A DNA stretch of 64,000 nt, from NCBI RefSeq assembly GCF_964355755.1, contig NC_092678.1, positions 9,564,422 through 9,628,421 of the forward strand, in the 5' to 3' direction. The first letter of the stretch is position 1. Every line of letters starts with the position of its first letter. Origin of the DNA: Antedon mediterranea. Taxonomy: Eukaryota; Animalia; Echinodermata. Made by a program: the position numbers and the translations under genes. Positions 33,552 to 48,500 of the stretch are shown piece after piece. A model generated the notes under the pieces. The model had not been told where the DNA came from and ran no database searches. It saw only the letters and a program-made list of their open reading frames with translations.

Positions 33552-36500
33552 TTTTTTTTTTAATTGAAAATAAATATTGTTTTTGAAAGTGAGATATTTT
33601 GAGGGTTGTAAATGTCAGGCCTAAACAAGTGGACCTTTTTTAAAATCAGAAACAAAGTTGCATGGCATTATTTTTCATTGATTGATCATTCATTTCATAT
33701 AAATAGACTATTATCAGCTCCGCAGTCATCTACTGGTTTGTGGCGTAACGGATAATGCTCAGGTTTGAGTGCTTTCAGTAGTGGGTTCGAACCTCTAGGG
33801 ATTTTTTTTTTTTTAAATTGAAAATAAATATTGTTTTTGAAAGTGAGATATTTTGAGGGTTGTAAATGTCAGGCCTAAACAAGTGGACCTTTTTTAAAAT
33901 CAGAAACAAAGTTGCATGGCATTATTTTTCATTGGTTGATCATCCATTTCATATAAATAGACTATTATCAGCTCTTCAGTTATATACTGGTTTGCAGCGT
34001 AACGGGTAATGCTCAGTTTTGAGTGATTTCAATAGTGGGTTCGAACTTCTAGGGATATTTTTTTTTTTTTTATTTGAAAATAAATATTGTTTTTGAAAGT
34101 GAGATATTTTGAGGGTTGTAAATGTAAGGCCTAAACAAGTGAACATTTTTTTCAATCAGAAACAAAGTTGCATGGCATTATTTTTCATTGATTGATCATT
34201 CATTTCATATATATAGACTATTATCAGCTCCTCAGTCATCTACTGGTTTGTGGCGTAACGTGTAATGCTCAGGTTTGAGTGCTATCAGTAGTGGGTTCGA
34301 ACCTATACGGGTATTTTTTTTTTCTTTTTTTTTTAATTGAAAATAAATATTGTTTTTGAAAGTGAGATATTTTGAGGGTTGCAACTGTCAGGCCTAAACA
34401 AGTGAACCTTTTTTAAAATCAGAAACAAAGTTGCATGGCATTATTTTTCATTGATTGATCATCCATTTCATATAAATAGACTATTATCAGCTCTTCAGTC
34501 ATATACTGGTTTGCGGCGAACGGGTAATGCTCAGGTTTGAGTGATTTCAATAGTCGGTTCGAACTTCTAGGGATATTTTTTTTCTTTTTTTTTTATTTGA
34601 AAATAAATATTGTTTTTGAAGGTGAGATATTTTGAGGGTTGTAAATGTCAGGCCTAAACAAGTGAACCTTTTTTAAAATCAGAAACAAAGTTGCATGGCA
34701 TTATTTTTCATTGATTTATTATTCATTTCATATAAATAGAGTATTATCAGCTCTTCAGTCATCTACTGGTTTGAGGCGTAACGGTTAATGCTCAGGTTTG
34801 AGTGCTCTCAGTAGTGGGTTCGAACCTCTACGAATTTTTTTTTTACTTTTTTTTTAATTGAAAATAAATATTGTTTTTGAAAGTGAGATATTTTGAGCGT
34901 TGTAAATGTCAGGCCTAAACAAGTGGACCTTTTTTAAAATCAGAAACAAAGTTGCATGGCATTATTTTTCATTGATTGATCATTTATTTAATATAAATAG
35001 ACTATTATAAGCTCCTCAGTCATCTACTGGTTTGTGGCGTAACGGATAATGCTCAGGTTTGAGTGCTTTCAGTAGTGGGTTCGAACCTCTAGGGATTTTT
35101 TTTTTTTTTAAATTGAAAATAAATATTGTTTTTGAAAGTGAGATATTTTGAGGGTTGTAAATGTCAGGCCTAAACAAGTGGACCTTTTTTAAAATCAGAA
35201 ACAAAGTTGCATGGCATTATTTTTCATTGGTTGATCATCCATTTCATATATATAGACTATTATCAGCTCTTCAGTCATATACTGGTTTGCGGCGTAACGG
35301 GTAATGCTCAGTTTTGAGTGATTTCAATAGTGGGTTTGAACTTCTAAGGATATTTGTTTTCTTTTTTTTAATTTGAAAATAAATATTGTTTTTGAAAGTG
35401 AGATATTTTGAGGGTTGTAAATGTCAGGCCTAAACAAGTGAACCTTTTTTAAAATCAGAAACAAAGTTGCATGGCATTATTTTTCATTGATTGATCATTA
35501 ATTTCATATAAATAGACTATTATCAGCTTTTCAGTTATCTACTGGTTTGTGGCGTAACGGGTAATACCCAGGTTTGAGTGCTCTCAGTAGCGGGTTCCAA
35601 CCTCTAGGGATATTGCTTTTTTTTTCTTATTGAAAATAAATATTTTTTTTGAAAATGAGATAATTTTTAGGGTTGTAAATGTCAGGCTTAAACAAATGGA
35701 TCTTTTTTAAAATCAGAAACAAAGTTGCATGGCATTATTTTTCATTGATTGATAATTCATTTCATATAAATAGACTATTACCAGCTCTTCAGTCATCTAC
35801 TGGGTTGTGGCGTAACGAGTAATGCTCAGGTTTGAGTGCTCTTAGTAGTGGGTCGAACCTCTAGGGATACTTTTTTTCTTTTTTTTTTAAATTGAAAATA
35901 AATATGGTTTTTGAAAGTGAGATATTTTGAGGGTTGTAAATGTCAGGCCTAAACAAGTGGACCTTTTTTAAAATCAGAAACAAAGTTGCATGGCATTATT
36001 TTTCATTGATTGATAATTCATTTCATATAAATAGACTATTATCAGCTCTTCAGTCATCTACTGGTTTGAGGCGTAACGGGTAATGCTCAGGTTTGAGTGC
36101 TCTCAGTAGTGGGTTCGAACCTATACGGGTATTTTTTTTCTTTTTTTTTTTAATTGAAAATAAATATTGTTTTTGAAAGTGAGATATTTTGAGGGTTGCA
36201 ACTGTCAGGCCTAAACAAGTGAACCTTTTTTAAAATCAGAAACAAAGTTGCATGGCATTATTTTTCATTGATTGATCATCTATTTCATATAAATAGACTA
36301 TTATCAGCTCTTCAGTCATATACTGGTTTACGTCGTAACGGGTAATGCTCAGGTTTGAGTGATTTCAATAGTGGGTTCGAACTTCTAGGGATATTTTTTT
36401 TTCTTTTTTTTTTTATTTGAAAATAAATATTGTTTTTGAAAGTGAGATATTTGTATGGTTTTAAATGTCAAGCCTAATCAAGTGGACCTTTTTTTTAAAT

Positions 36501-39500
36501 CAGAAACAAAGTTGCATAACATCATTTTACATTGATGGATCATTCATTTCATATAAATAGACTGTTATCAGCTCTTCAGTCATCTACTGGTTTGTGGCGT
36601 AACCGGTAGTGCTCAGGTTTGAGTTCTCGCAGTAGTGGGTTCGAACCTCTACGAATTTTTTTTTCTTTTTTTTTTAATTGAAAATAAATATTGTTTTTGA
36701 AAGTGAGATATTTTGAGCGTTGTAAATGTCAGGCCTAAACAAGTGGACCTTTTTAAAAATCAGAAACAAAGTTGCATGGCATTATTTTTCATTGATTGAT
36801 CATTTATTTAATATAAATAGACTATTATCAGCTCCTCAGTCATCTACTGGTTTGTGGCGTAACGGATAATGCTCAGGTTTGAGTGCTTTCAGTAGTGGGT
36901 TCGAACCTCTAGGGATTTTTTTTTTTTTAAATTGAAAATAAATATTGTTTTTGAAAGTGAGATATTTTGAGGGTTGTAAATGTCAGGCCTAAACCAGTGG
37001 ACCTTTTTTAAAATCAGAAACAAAGTTGCATGGCATTATTTTTCATTGGTTGATCATCCATTTCATATATATAGACTATTATCAGCTCTTCAGTCATATA
37101 CTGGTTTGCGGCGTAACGGGTAATGCTCAGTTTTGAGTGATTTCAATAGTGGGTTTGAACTTCTAAGGATATTTGTTTTCTTTTTTTTTATTTGAAAATA
37201 AATATTGTTTTTGAAAGTGAGATATTTTGAGGGTTTTAAATGTCAGGCCTAAACAAGTGAACCTTTTTTAAAATCAGAAACAAAGTTGCAAGGCATTATT
37301 TTTCATTGATTGATCATTAATTTCATATAAATAGACTTTTATCAGCTCCGCAGTCATCTACTGGTTTGTGGCGTAACGGATAATGCTCAGGTTTGAGTGC
37401 TTTCAGTAGTGGGTTCGAACCTCTAGGTTTTTTTTTTTTTTTTTAAATTGAAAATAAATATTGTTTTTGAAAGTGAGATATTTTGAGGGTTGTAAATGTC
37501 AGGCCTAAACAAGTGGACCTTTTTTAAAATCAGAAACAAAGTTGCATGGCATTATTTTTCATTGGTTGATCATCCATTTCATCTAAATAGACTATTATCA
37601 GCTCCTCAGTTATATACTGGTTTGCGGCGTAACGGGTAATGCTCAGTTTTGAGTGATTTCAATAGTGGGTTCGAACTTCTAGGGCTATTTTTTTTTTTTT
37701 TTTATTTGAAAATAAATATTGTTTTTGAAAGTGAGATATTTTGAGGGTTGTAAATGTCAGGCCTAAACAATTGAAAATTTTTTTCAATCAGAAACAAAGT
37801 TGCATGTCATTATTTTTCATTGATTCATCATTGATTTCATATATATAGACTATTATCAGCTCCTCAGTCACCTACTGGTTTGTGGCGTAACGTGTAATGC
37901 TCAGGTTTGAGTGCTCCCAGTAGTGGGTTCGAACCTATACGGGTATTTCTTTTTTCTTTTTTTTTTAATTGAAAATAAATATTGTTTTTGAAAGTGAGAT
38001 ATTTTGAGGGTTGCAACTGTCAGGCCTAAACAAGTGAACCTTTTTTAAAATCAGAAACAAAGTTGCATGGCATTATTTTTCATTGATTGATCATCCATTT
38101 CATATAAATAGACTATTATCAGCTCTTCAGTCATAAAATGGTTTGCGGCGAACGGGTAATGCTCAGGTTTGAGTGATTTCAATAGTGGGTTCGAACTTCT
38201 AGGGATATTTTTTTTCTTTTTTTTTTTATTTGAAAATAAATATTGTTTTTGAAGGTGAGATATTTTGAGGGTTGTAAATGTCAGGCCTAAACAAGTGAAC
38301 CTTTTTTAAAATCAGAAACAAAGTTGCATGGCATTATTTTTCATTGATTTATTATTCATTTCATATAAATAGAGTATTATCAGCTCTTCAGTCATCTACT
38401 GGTTTGAGGCGTAACGGGTAATGCTCAAGTTTGAGTGCTCGCAGAAGTGGGTTCGAACCTCTAGGGATATTTCTTTTCTTTCTTTTTTTTATTGAAAATA
38501 AATATTTTTTTTGAAGGTGAGATATTTTGAGGGTTGTAAATGACAGGCCTCAACAAATGAACCTTTTTTAAAATCAGAAACAAAGTTGCATGGCGTTATT
38601 TTTCATTGATTGATCATTAATTTCATATAAATAGACTATTATCAGCTCTTCAGTCATCTACTGGTTTGTGGCGTAACGGGTAATGCTCAAGTTTGAGTGC
38701 TCTCACTAGTGGGTTCGAACCTCTACGGATATTTTGTTTCTTTTTTTTTTTCATTTAAAATAAATATTTTTTTTGAAAGTGAGATATTTTGAGGGTTGTA
38801 AATGTCAGGCCTAAACAAGTGAACCTTTTTTAAAATCAGAAACAAAGTTGCATTGCATTATTTTTCATTGATTTATTATTAATTTCATATAAATAGAGTA
38901 TTATCAGCTCTTCAGTCATCTACTGGGTTGTGGCGTAACGGGTAATGCTCAAGTTTGAGTGCTCTCACTAGTGGGTTCGAACCTCTACGGATATTTTGTT
39001 TCTTTTTTTTTTTCATTTAAAATAAATATTGTTTTTGAAAGTGAGATATTTTGAGGGTTGTAAATGTCAGGCCTAAACAAGTGAACCTTTTTTAAAATCA
39101 GAAACAAAGTTGCATTGCATTATTTTTCATTGATTGATTAATTTCATATAAATAGAGTATTATCAGCTCTTCAGTCATCTACTGGTTTGAGGCGTAACGG
39201 GTAATGCTCAGGTTTGAGTTCTCGCAGTAGTGGGTTCGAACCTCTACGAATATTTTTTTTTTTTTTTTTTTTTATTGAAAATAAATATTGTTTTTGAAAG
39301 TGAGATATTTTGAGGGTTGTAAATGTCAGGCCTAAACAAGTGGACCTTTTTTAAAATCAGAAACAAAGTTGCATGGCATTATTTTTCATTGATTTATTAT
39401 TTATTTCATATAAATAGAGTATTATCAGCTCTTCGGTCATCTACTGGTTTGTGGCGTAACGGGTAATGCTCACGTTTGAGTGCTCTCACTAGTGGGTTCG

Positions 39501-42500
39501 AACCTCTACGGATATTTTGTTTCTTTTTTTTCTTTTTTTTAAAATAAATATTGTTTTTTAAAGTGAGATATTTTGAGGGTTGTAAATGTCAGGCCTAAAC
39601 AAGTGAACCTTTTTTAAAATCAGAAACAAAGTTGCATGGCATTATTTTTCATTGATTTATTATTAATTTCATATAAATAGAGTATTATCAGCTCTTCAGT
39701 CATCTACTGGTTTGAGGCGTAACGGGTAATGCTCAGGTTTGAGTTCTTGCAGTAGTGGGTTCGAACCTCTAGGGATATTGCTTTTTTTTTCCTTATTGAA
39801 AATAAATATTTTTTTTGAAAATGAGATATTTTTTAGGGTTGTGAATGTCAGGCCTAAACAAATGGATATTTTTTAAAATCAGAAACAAAGTTGCATGGCA
39901 TTATTTTTCATTGATTGATCATTCATTTCATATAAATAGACTATTATCAGCTCCTCAGTCATCTACTGATTTGTGGCGTAACGGGTAATGCTCAGGTTTG
40001 AGTGCTCTGAGTAGTGGGTCGAACCTCTAGGGATATTTGTTTTCTTTTTTTTTTAAATTGAAAATAAATATGGATTTTGAAAGTGAGATATTTTGAGGGT
40101 TGTAAATGTCAGGCCTAAACAAGTGGACCTTTTTTAAAATCAGAAACAAAGTTGCATGGCATTATTTTTCATTGATTTATTATTAATTTAATATAAATAG
40201 AGTATTATCAGCTCTTCAGTCATCTACTGGTTTGAGGCGTAACGGGTAATGCTCAACTTTGAGTTCTCGCAGTAGTGGGTTTGAACCTCTACGAATATTT
40301 TTTTTTTTTTTTTTTTATTGAAAAAAATATTGTTTTTGAAAGTGAGATATTTTGAGGGTTGTAAATGTCAGGCCTAAACAAGTGGACCTTTTTTAAAATC
40401 AGAAACAAAGTTGCATGGCATTATTTTTCATTGATTGATCATTGATTTCATATAAATAGACTATTATCAGCTCTTCAGTTATCTACTGGTTTGTGGCGTA
40501 ACGGGTAATACCCAGGTTTGAGTGCTCTCAGTAGCGGGTTCCAACCTCTAGGGATATTGCTTTTTTTTTTCTTATTGAAAATAAATATTTTTTTTGAAAA
40601 TGAGATATTTTTTAGGGTTGTAAATGTCAGGCCTAAACAAATGGATCTTTTTTAAAATCAGAAACAAAGTTGCATGGCATTATTTTTCATTGATTGATAA
40701 TTCATTTCATATAAATAGACTATTACCAGCTCTTCAGCCATCTACTGGTTTGTGGCGTAACGAGTAATGCTCAGGTTTGAGTGCTCTGAGTAGTGGGTCG
40801 AACCTCTAGGGATACTTTTTTTCTTTTTTTTTTAAATTGAAAATAAATATGGTTTTTGAAAGTGAGATATTTTGAAGTTGTAAATGTCAGGCCTAAACAA
40901 GTGAACCTTTTTTAAAATCAGAAACAAAGTTGCATGGCATTATTTTTCATTGATTGATCATCCATTTCATATAAATAGACTATTATCAGCTCTTCAGTCA
41001 TAAAATGGTTTGCGGCGAACGGGTAATGCTCAGGTTTGAGTGATTTCAATAGTGGGTTCGAACTTCTAGGGATATTTTTTTTCTTTTTTTTTTTATTTGA
41101 AAATAAATATTGTTTTTGAAGGTGAGATATTTTGAGGGTTGTAAATGTCAGGCCTAAACAAGTGAACCTTTTTTAAAATCAGAAACAAAGTTGCATGGCA
41201 TTATTTTTCATTGATTTATTATTCATTTCATATAAATAGAGTATTATCAGCTCTTCAGTCATCTACTGGTTTGAGGCGTAACGGGTAATGCTCAAGTTTG
41301 AGTGCTCGCAGAAGTGGGTTCGAACCTCTAGGGATATTTCTTTTCTTTCTTTTTTTTATTGAAAATAAATATTTTTTTTGAAGGTGAGATATTTTGAGGG
41401 TTGTAAATGACAGGCCTCAACAAATGAACCTTTTTTAAAATCAGAAACAAAGTTGCATGGCGTTATTTTTCATTGATTGATCATTAATTTCATATAAATA
41501 GACTATTATCAGCTCTTCAGTCATCTACTGGTTTGTGGCGTAACGGGTAATGCTCAAGTTTGAGTGCTCTCACTAGTGGGTTCGAACCTCTACGGATATT
41601 TTGTTTCTTTTTTTTTTTCATTTAAAATAAATATTTTTTTTGAAAGTGAGATATTTTGAGGGTTGTAAATGTCAGGCCTAAACAAGTGAACCTTTTTTAA
41701 AATCAGAAACAAAGTTGCATTGCATTATTTTTCATTGATTTATTATTAATTTCATATAAATAGAGTATTATCAGCTCTTCAGTCATCTACTGGGTTGTGG
41801 CGTAACGGGTAATGCTCAAGTTTGAGTGCTCTCACTAGTGGGTTCGAACCTCTACGGATATTTTGTTTCTTTTTTTTTTTCATTTAAAATAAATATTGTT
41901 TTTGAAAGTGAGATATTTTGAGGGTTGTAAATGTCAGGCCTAAACAAGTGAACCTTTTTTAAAATCAGAAACAAAGTTGCATTGCATTATTTTTCATTGA
42001 TTGATTAATTTCATATAAATAGAGTATTATCAGCTCTTCAGTCATCTACTGGTTTGAGGCGTAACGGGTAATGCTCAGGTTTGAGTTCTCGCAGTAGTGG
42101 GTTCGAACCTCTACGAATATTTTTTTTTTTTTTTTTTTTTATTGAAAATAAATATTGTTTTTGAAAGTGAGATATTTTGAGGGTTGTAAATGTCAGGCCT
42201 AAACAAGTGGACCTTTTTTAAAATCAGAAACAAAGTTGCATGGCATTATTTTTCATTGATTTATTATTTATTTCATATAAATAGAGTATTATCAGCTCTT
42301 CGGTCATCTACTGGTTTGTGGCGTAACGGGTAATGCTCACGTTTGAGTGCTCTCACTAGTGGGTTCGAACCTCTACGGATATTTTGTTTCTTTTTTTTCT
42401 TTTTTTTAAAATAAATATTGTTTTTTAAAGTGAGATATTTTGAGGGTTGTAAATGTCAGGCCTAAACAAGTGAACCTTTTTTAAAATCAGAAACAAAGTT

Positions 42501-45500
42501 GCATGGCATTATTTTTCATTGATTTATTATTAATTTCATATAAATAGAGTATTATCAGCTCTTCAGTCATCTACTGGTTTGAGGCGTAACGGGTAATGCT
42601 CAGGTTTGAGTTCTTGCAGTAGTGGGTTCGAACCTCTAGGGATATTGCTTTTTTTTTCCTTATTGAAAATAAATATTTTTTTTGAAAATGAGATATTTTT
42701 TAGGGTTGTGAATGTCAGGCCTAAACAAATGGATATTTTTTAAAATCAGAAACAAAGTTGCATGGCATTATTTTTCATTGATTGATCATTCATTTCATAT
42801 AAATAGACTATTATCAGCTCCTCAGTCATCTACTGATTTGTGGCGTAACGGGTAATGCTCAGGTTTGAGTGCTCTGAGTAGTGGGTCGAACCTCTAGGGA
42901 TATTTGTTTTCTTTTTTTTTTAAATTGAAAATAAATATGGATTTTGAAAGTGAGATATTTTGAGGGTTGTAAATGTCAGGCCTAAACAAGTGGACCTTTT
43001 TTAAAATCAGAAACAAAGTTGCATGGCATTATTTTTCATTGATTTATTATTAATTTAATATAAATAGAGTATTATCAGCTCTTCAGTCATCTACTGGTTT
43101 GAGGCGTAACGGGTAATGCTCAACTTTGAGTTCTCGCAGTAGTGGGTTTGAACCTCTACGAATATTTTTTTTTTTTTTTTTTTATTGAAAAAAATATTGT
43201 TTTTGAAAGTGAGATATTTTGAGGGTTGTAAATGTCAGGCCTAAACAAGTGGACCTTTTTTAAAATCAGAAACAAAGTTGCATGGCATTATTTTTCATTG
43301 ATTGATCATTGATTTCATATAAATAGACTATTATCAGCTCTTCAGTTATCTACTGGTTTGTGGCGTAACGGGTAATACCCAGGTTTGAGTGCTCTCAGTA
43401 GCGGGTTCCAACCTCTAGGGATATTGCTTTTTTTTTTCTTATTGAAAATAAATATTTTTTTTGAAAATGAGATATTTTTTAGGGTTGTAAATGTCAGGCC
43501 TAAACAAATGGATCTTTTTTAAAATCAGAAACAAAGTTGCATGGCATTATTTTTCATTGATTGATAATTCATTTCATATAAATAGACTATTACCAGCTCT
43601 TCAGCCATCTACTGGTTTGTGGCGTAACGAGTAATGCTCAGGTTTGAGTGCTCTGAGTAGTGGGTCGAACCTCTAGGGATACTTTTTTTCTTTTTTTTTT
43701 AAATTGAAAATAAATATGGTTTTTGAAAGTGAGATATTTTGAAGTTGTAAATGTCAGGCCTAAACAAGTGGACCTTTTTTAAAATCAGAAACAAAGTTGC
43801 ATGGCATTATTTTTCATTGATTGATAATTCATTTCATATAAATAGACTATTACCAGCTCTTCAGTCATCTACTGGTTTGTGGCGTAACGAGTAATGCTCA
43901 GGTTTGAGTGCTCTGAGTAGTGGGTCGAACCTCAAGGGATATTTTTTTTCTTTTTTTTAAATTGAAAATAAATATGGTTTTTGAAAGTGAGATATTTTGA
44001 GGGTTTTAAATGTCAAGCCTAACCAAGTGGACCTTTTTTTAAAATCAGAAACAAAGTTGCATGGCATTATTTTTCATTGATTTATTATTAATTTCATATA
44101 AATAGAGTATTATCAGCTCTTCAGTCATCTACTGGTTTGTGGCGTAACGGATAATGCTCATGTTTGAGTGCTCTGAGTAGTGGGTCGAACCTCAAGGGAT
44201 ATTTTTTTTCTTTTTTTTAAAATTGAAAATAAATATGGTTTTTGAAAGTGAGATATTTTGAGGGTTTTAAATGTCAAGCCTAACCAAGTGGACCTTTTTT
44301 TAAAATCAGAAACAAAGTTGCATAACATCATTTTACATTGATGGATCATTAATTTCATATAAATAGACTGTTATCAGCTCTTCAGTCATCTACTGGTTTG
44401 TGGCGTAACCGGTAGTGCTCAGGTTTGAGTTCTCGCAGTAGTGGGTTCGAACCTCTGCGAATATTTTTTTTTTTTTTTTTTAATTGAAAATAAATATTGT
44501 GTTTGAAAGTGAGATATTTTGAGGGTTGTAAATGTCAGGCCTAAACAAGTGGACCTTCTTTAAAATCAGAAACAAAGTTGCATGGCATTATTTTTCATTG
44601 ATTGATCATTCATTTCATATAAATAGACTATTATCAGCTCTTCAGTCATCTACTGGTTTGTGGCGTAACGGGTAATGCTCAGGTTTGAGTGCTCTGAGTA
44701 GTGGGTCGAACCTCTAGGGATGTTTTTTTTTCTTTTTTTTTTAAATTGAAAATAAATATGGTTTTTGAAAGTGAGATATTTTGAGGGTTGTAAATATCAG
44801 GCCTAAACAAGTGGACCTTTTTTAAAATCAGAAACAAAGTTGCATGGCATTATTTTTCATTGATTTATTATTTATTTCATATAAATAGAGTATTATCAGC
44901 TCTTCAGTCATCTACTGGTTTGTGGCGTAACGGGTAATGCTCAAGTTTCAGTGCTATCACTAGTGTGTTTGAACCTCTACTGATATTTTATTTCTTTTTT
45001 TTTTAATTGAAAAAATATTGTTTTTGAAAGTGAGATATTTTGAGGGTTGTAAATGTCAGGCCAAAACAAGTGAACCTTTCTTAAAATCAGAAACAAAGTT
45101 GCATGGCATTATTTTTCATTGATTGATCATTCATTTCATATAAATAGACTATTATCAGCTCCTCAGTCACCTACTGGTTGGTGGCGTAACGGATAAGGCT
45201 CAGGTTTGAGTTCTCTCAGTAGTGGGTTCGAACCTCTAGGGATTTTTTTTTTTAAATTGAAAATAAATATTGTTTTTGAAAGTGAGATATTTTTAGGGTT
45301 GTAAATGTCAGGCCTAAACAAGTGAACCTTTTTTTAAATCAGAAACAAAGTTGCATGGCATTATTTTTCATTGATTGATCATTCATTTCATATAAATAGA
45401 CTATTATCAGCTCTTCAGTCATCTACTGGTTTGTGGCTTAATGGGTAATGCTCAGTTTTGAGTGCTCTGAGTAGTGGGTCGAACCTCTAGGGATATTTTT

Positions 45501-48500
45501 TTTCTTTTTTTTTTAAATTGAAAATAAATATGGTTTTTGAAAGTGAGATATTTTGAGGGTTGTAAATATCAGGCCTAAAGAAGTGGACCTTTTTTAAAAT
45601 CAGAAACAAAGTTGCATGGCATTATTTTTCATTGATTTATTATTTATTTCATATAAATAGAGTATTATCAGCTCTTCAGTCATCTACTGGTTTGTGGCGT
45701 AACGGGTAATGCTCAAGTTTGAGTGCTTTCAGTAGTGGGTTCGAACCTCTGGGGATTTTTTTTTTTTAATTGAAAATAAATATTGTTTTTGAAAGTGAGA
45801 TATTTTTTAGGGTTGTGAATGTCAGGCCTAAACAAATGGATCTTTTTTAAAATCAGAAACAAAGTTGTATGGCATTATTTTTCATTGATTGATAATTCAT
45901 TTCATATATATAGACTATTATCAGCTCTTAAGTCATATACTGGTTTGCGGCGTAACGGGTAATGCTCAGTTTTGAGTGATTTCAATAGTGGGTTTGAACT
46001 TCTAGGGATATTTTTTTTCTTTTTTTTTTTATTTGAAAATAAATATTGTTTTTGAAAGTGAGATAATTTGAGGGTTGTAAATGTCAGGCCTAAACAAGAG
46101 AACCTTTTTTAAAATCAGAAACAAAGTTGCATGGCATTATTTTTCATTGATTGATCATTAATATCATATAAATACACTATTATCAGCTCTTCAGTTATCT
46201 ACTGGTTTGTACCGTATCGGGTAATACCCAGGTTTGAGTGCTCTCAGTAGCGGGTTCCAACCTCTAGGGATATTGCTTCTTTTTTTCTTATTGAAAATAA
46301 ATATTTTTTTTGAAAATGAGATATTTTTTAGGGTTGTAAATGTCAGGCCTAAACAAATGGATCTTTTTTAAAATCAGAAACAAAGTTGCATGGCATTATT
46401 TTTCATTGGTTGATCATCCATTTCATATAAATAGACTATTATCAGCTACTCAGTTATATACTGGTTTGCGGCGTAACGGGTAAAGCTCAGTTTTGAGTGA
46501 TTTCAATAGTGGGTTCGAACTTCTAGGGATATTTTTTTATTTTTTTTTTATTTGAAAATAAATATTGTTTTTGAAAGTGAGATATTTTGAGGGTTGTAAA
46601 TGTCAGGCCTAAACAAGTGAACATTTTTTTCAATCAGAAACAAAGTTGCATGGCATTATTTTTCATTGATTGATCATTCATTTCATATATATAGACTATT
46701 ATTAGCTCCTCAGTCATCTACTGGTTTGTGGCGTAACGTGTAATGCTCAGGTTTGAGTGCTCTCAGTAGTGGGTTCGAACCTATACGGGTATTTTTTTTT
46801 CTTTTTTTTTTAATTGAAAATAAATATTGTTTTTGAAAGTGAGATATTTTGAGGGTTGCAACTGTCAGGCCTAAACAAGTGAACCTTTTTTAAAATCAGA
46901 AACAAAGTTGCATGGCATTATTTTTCATTGATTGATCATTCATTTCATATAAATAGACTATTATCAGCTCCGCAGTCATCTACTGGTTTGTGGCGTAACG
47001 GATAATGCCCAGGTTTGAGTGCTTTCAGTAGTGGGTTCAAACCTCTAGGGATTTTTTTTTTTTTTAAATTGAAAATAAATATTGTTTTTGAAAGTGAGAT
47101 ATTTTGAGGGTTGTAAATGTCAGGCCTAAACAAGTGGACCTTTTTTAAAATCAGAAACAAAGTTGCATGGCATTATTTTTCATTGGTTGATCATCCATTT
47201 CATATAAATAGACTATTATCAGCTCCTCAGTTATATACTGGTTTGCGGCGTAACGGGTAATGCTCAGTTTTGAGTGATTTCAATAGTGGGTTCGAACTTC
47301 TAAGGATGTTTTTTTTTTTTTTTTTTTATTTGAAAATAAATATTGTTTTTGAAAGTGAGATATTTTGAGGGTTGTAAATGTCAGGCCTAAACAAGTGAAC
47401 ATTTTTTTCAATCAGAAACAAAGTTGCATGGCATTATTTTTCAGTGATTGATCAATCATTTCATATATATATAGACTATTATTAGCTCCTCAGTCATCTA
47501 CTGGTTTGTGGCGTAACGTGTAATGCTCAGGTTTGAGTGCTCTCAGTAGTGGCTTCGAACCTATACGGGTATTTTTTTTTATTTTTTTTTTAATTGAAAA
47601 TAAATATTGTTTTTGAAAATGAGATATTTTGAGGGTTGCAACTGTCAGGCCTAAACAAGTGAACCTTTTTTAAAATCAGAAACAAAGTTGCATGGCATTA
47701 TTTTTCATTGATTGATCATCCATTTCAAATAAATAGACTATTATCAGCTCTTCAGTCATATACTGGTTTGCTGCGAACGGGTAATGCTCAGGTTTGAGTG
47801 ATTTCAATAGTGGGTTCGAACTTCTAGGGATATTTTTTTTCTTTCTTTTTTTATTTGAAAATAAATATTGTTTTTGAAGGTGAGATATTTTGAGGGTTGT
47901 AAATGTCAGGCCAAAACAAGTGAACCTTTTTTAAAATCAGAAACAAAGTTGCATGGCATTATTTTTCATTGATGTATTATTCATTTCATATAAATAGAGT
48001 ATTATCAGCTCTTCAGTCATCTACTGGTTTGAGGCGTAACGTGTAATGCTCAGGTTTGAGTGCTCTCAGTAGTGGGTTCGAACCTATACGGGTATTTTTT
48101 TTTTCTTTTTTTTTTAATTGAAAATAAATATTGTTTTTGAAAGTGAGATATTTTGAGGGTTGCAACTGTCAGGCCTAAACTAGTGAACCTTTTTTAAAAT
48201 CAGAAACAAAGTTGCATGGCATTATTTTTCATTGATTGATCATCCATTTCATATAAATAGACTATTATCAGCTCTTCAGTCATATACTGGTTTGCTGCGA
48301 ACGGGTAATGCTCAGGTTTGAGTGATTTCAATAGTGGGTTCAAACTTCTAGGGATATTTTTTTCTTTCTTTTTTTATTTGAAAATAAATATTGTTTTTGA
48401 AGGTGAGATATTTTGAGGGTTGTAAATGTCAGGCCAAAACAAGTGAACCTTTTTTAAAATCAGAAACAAAGTTGCATGGCATTATTTTTCATTGATTTAT

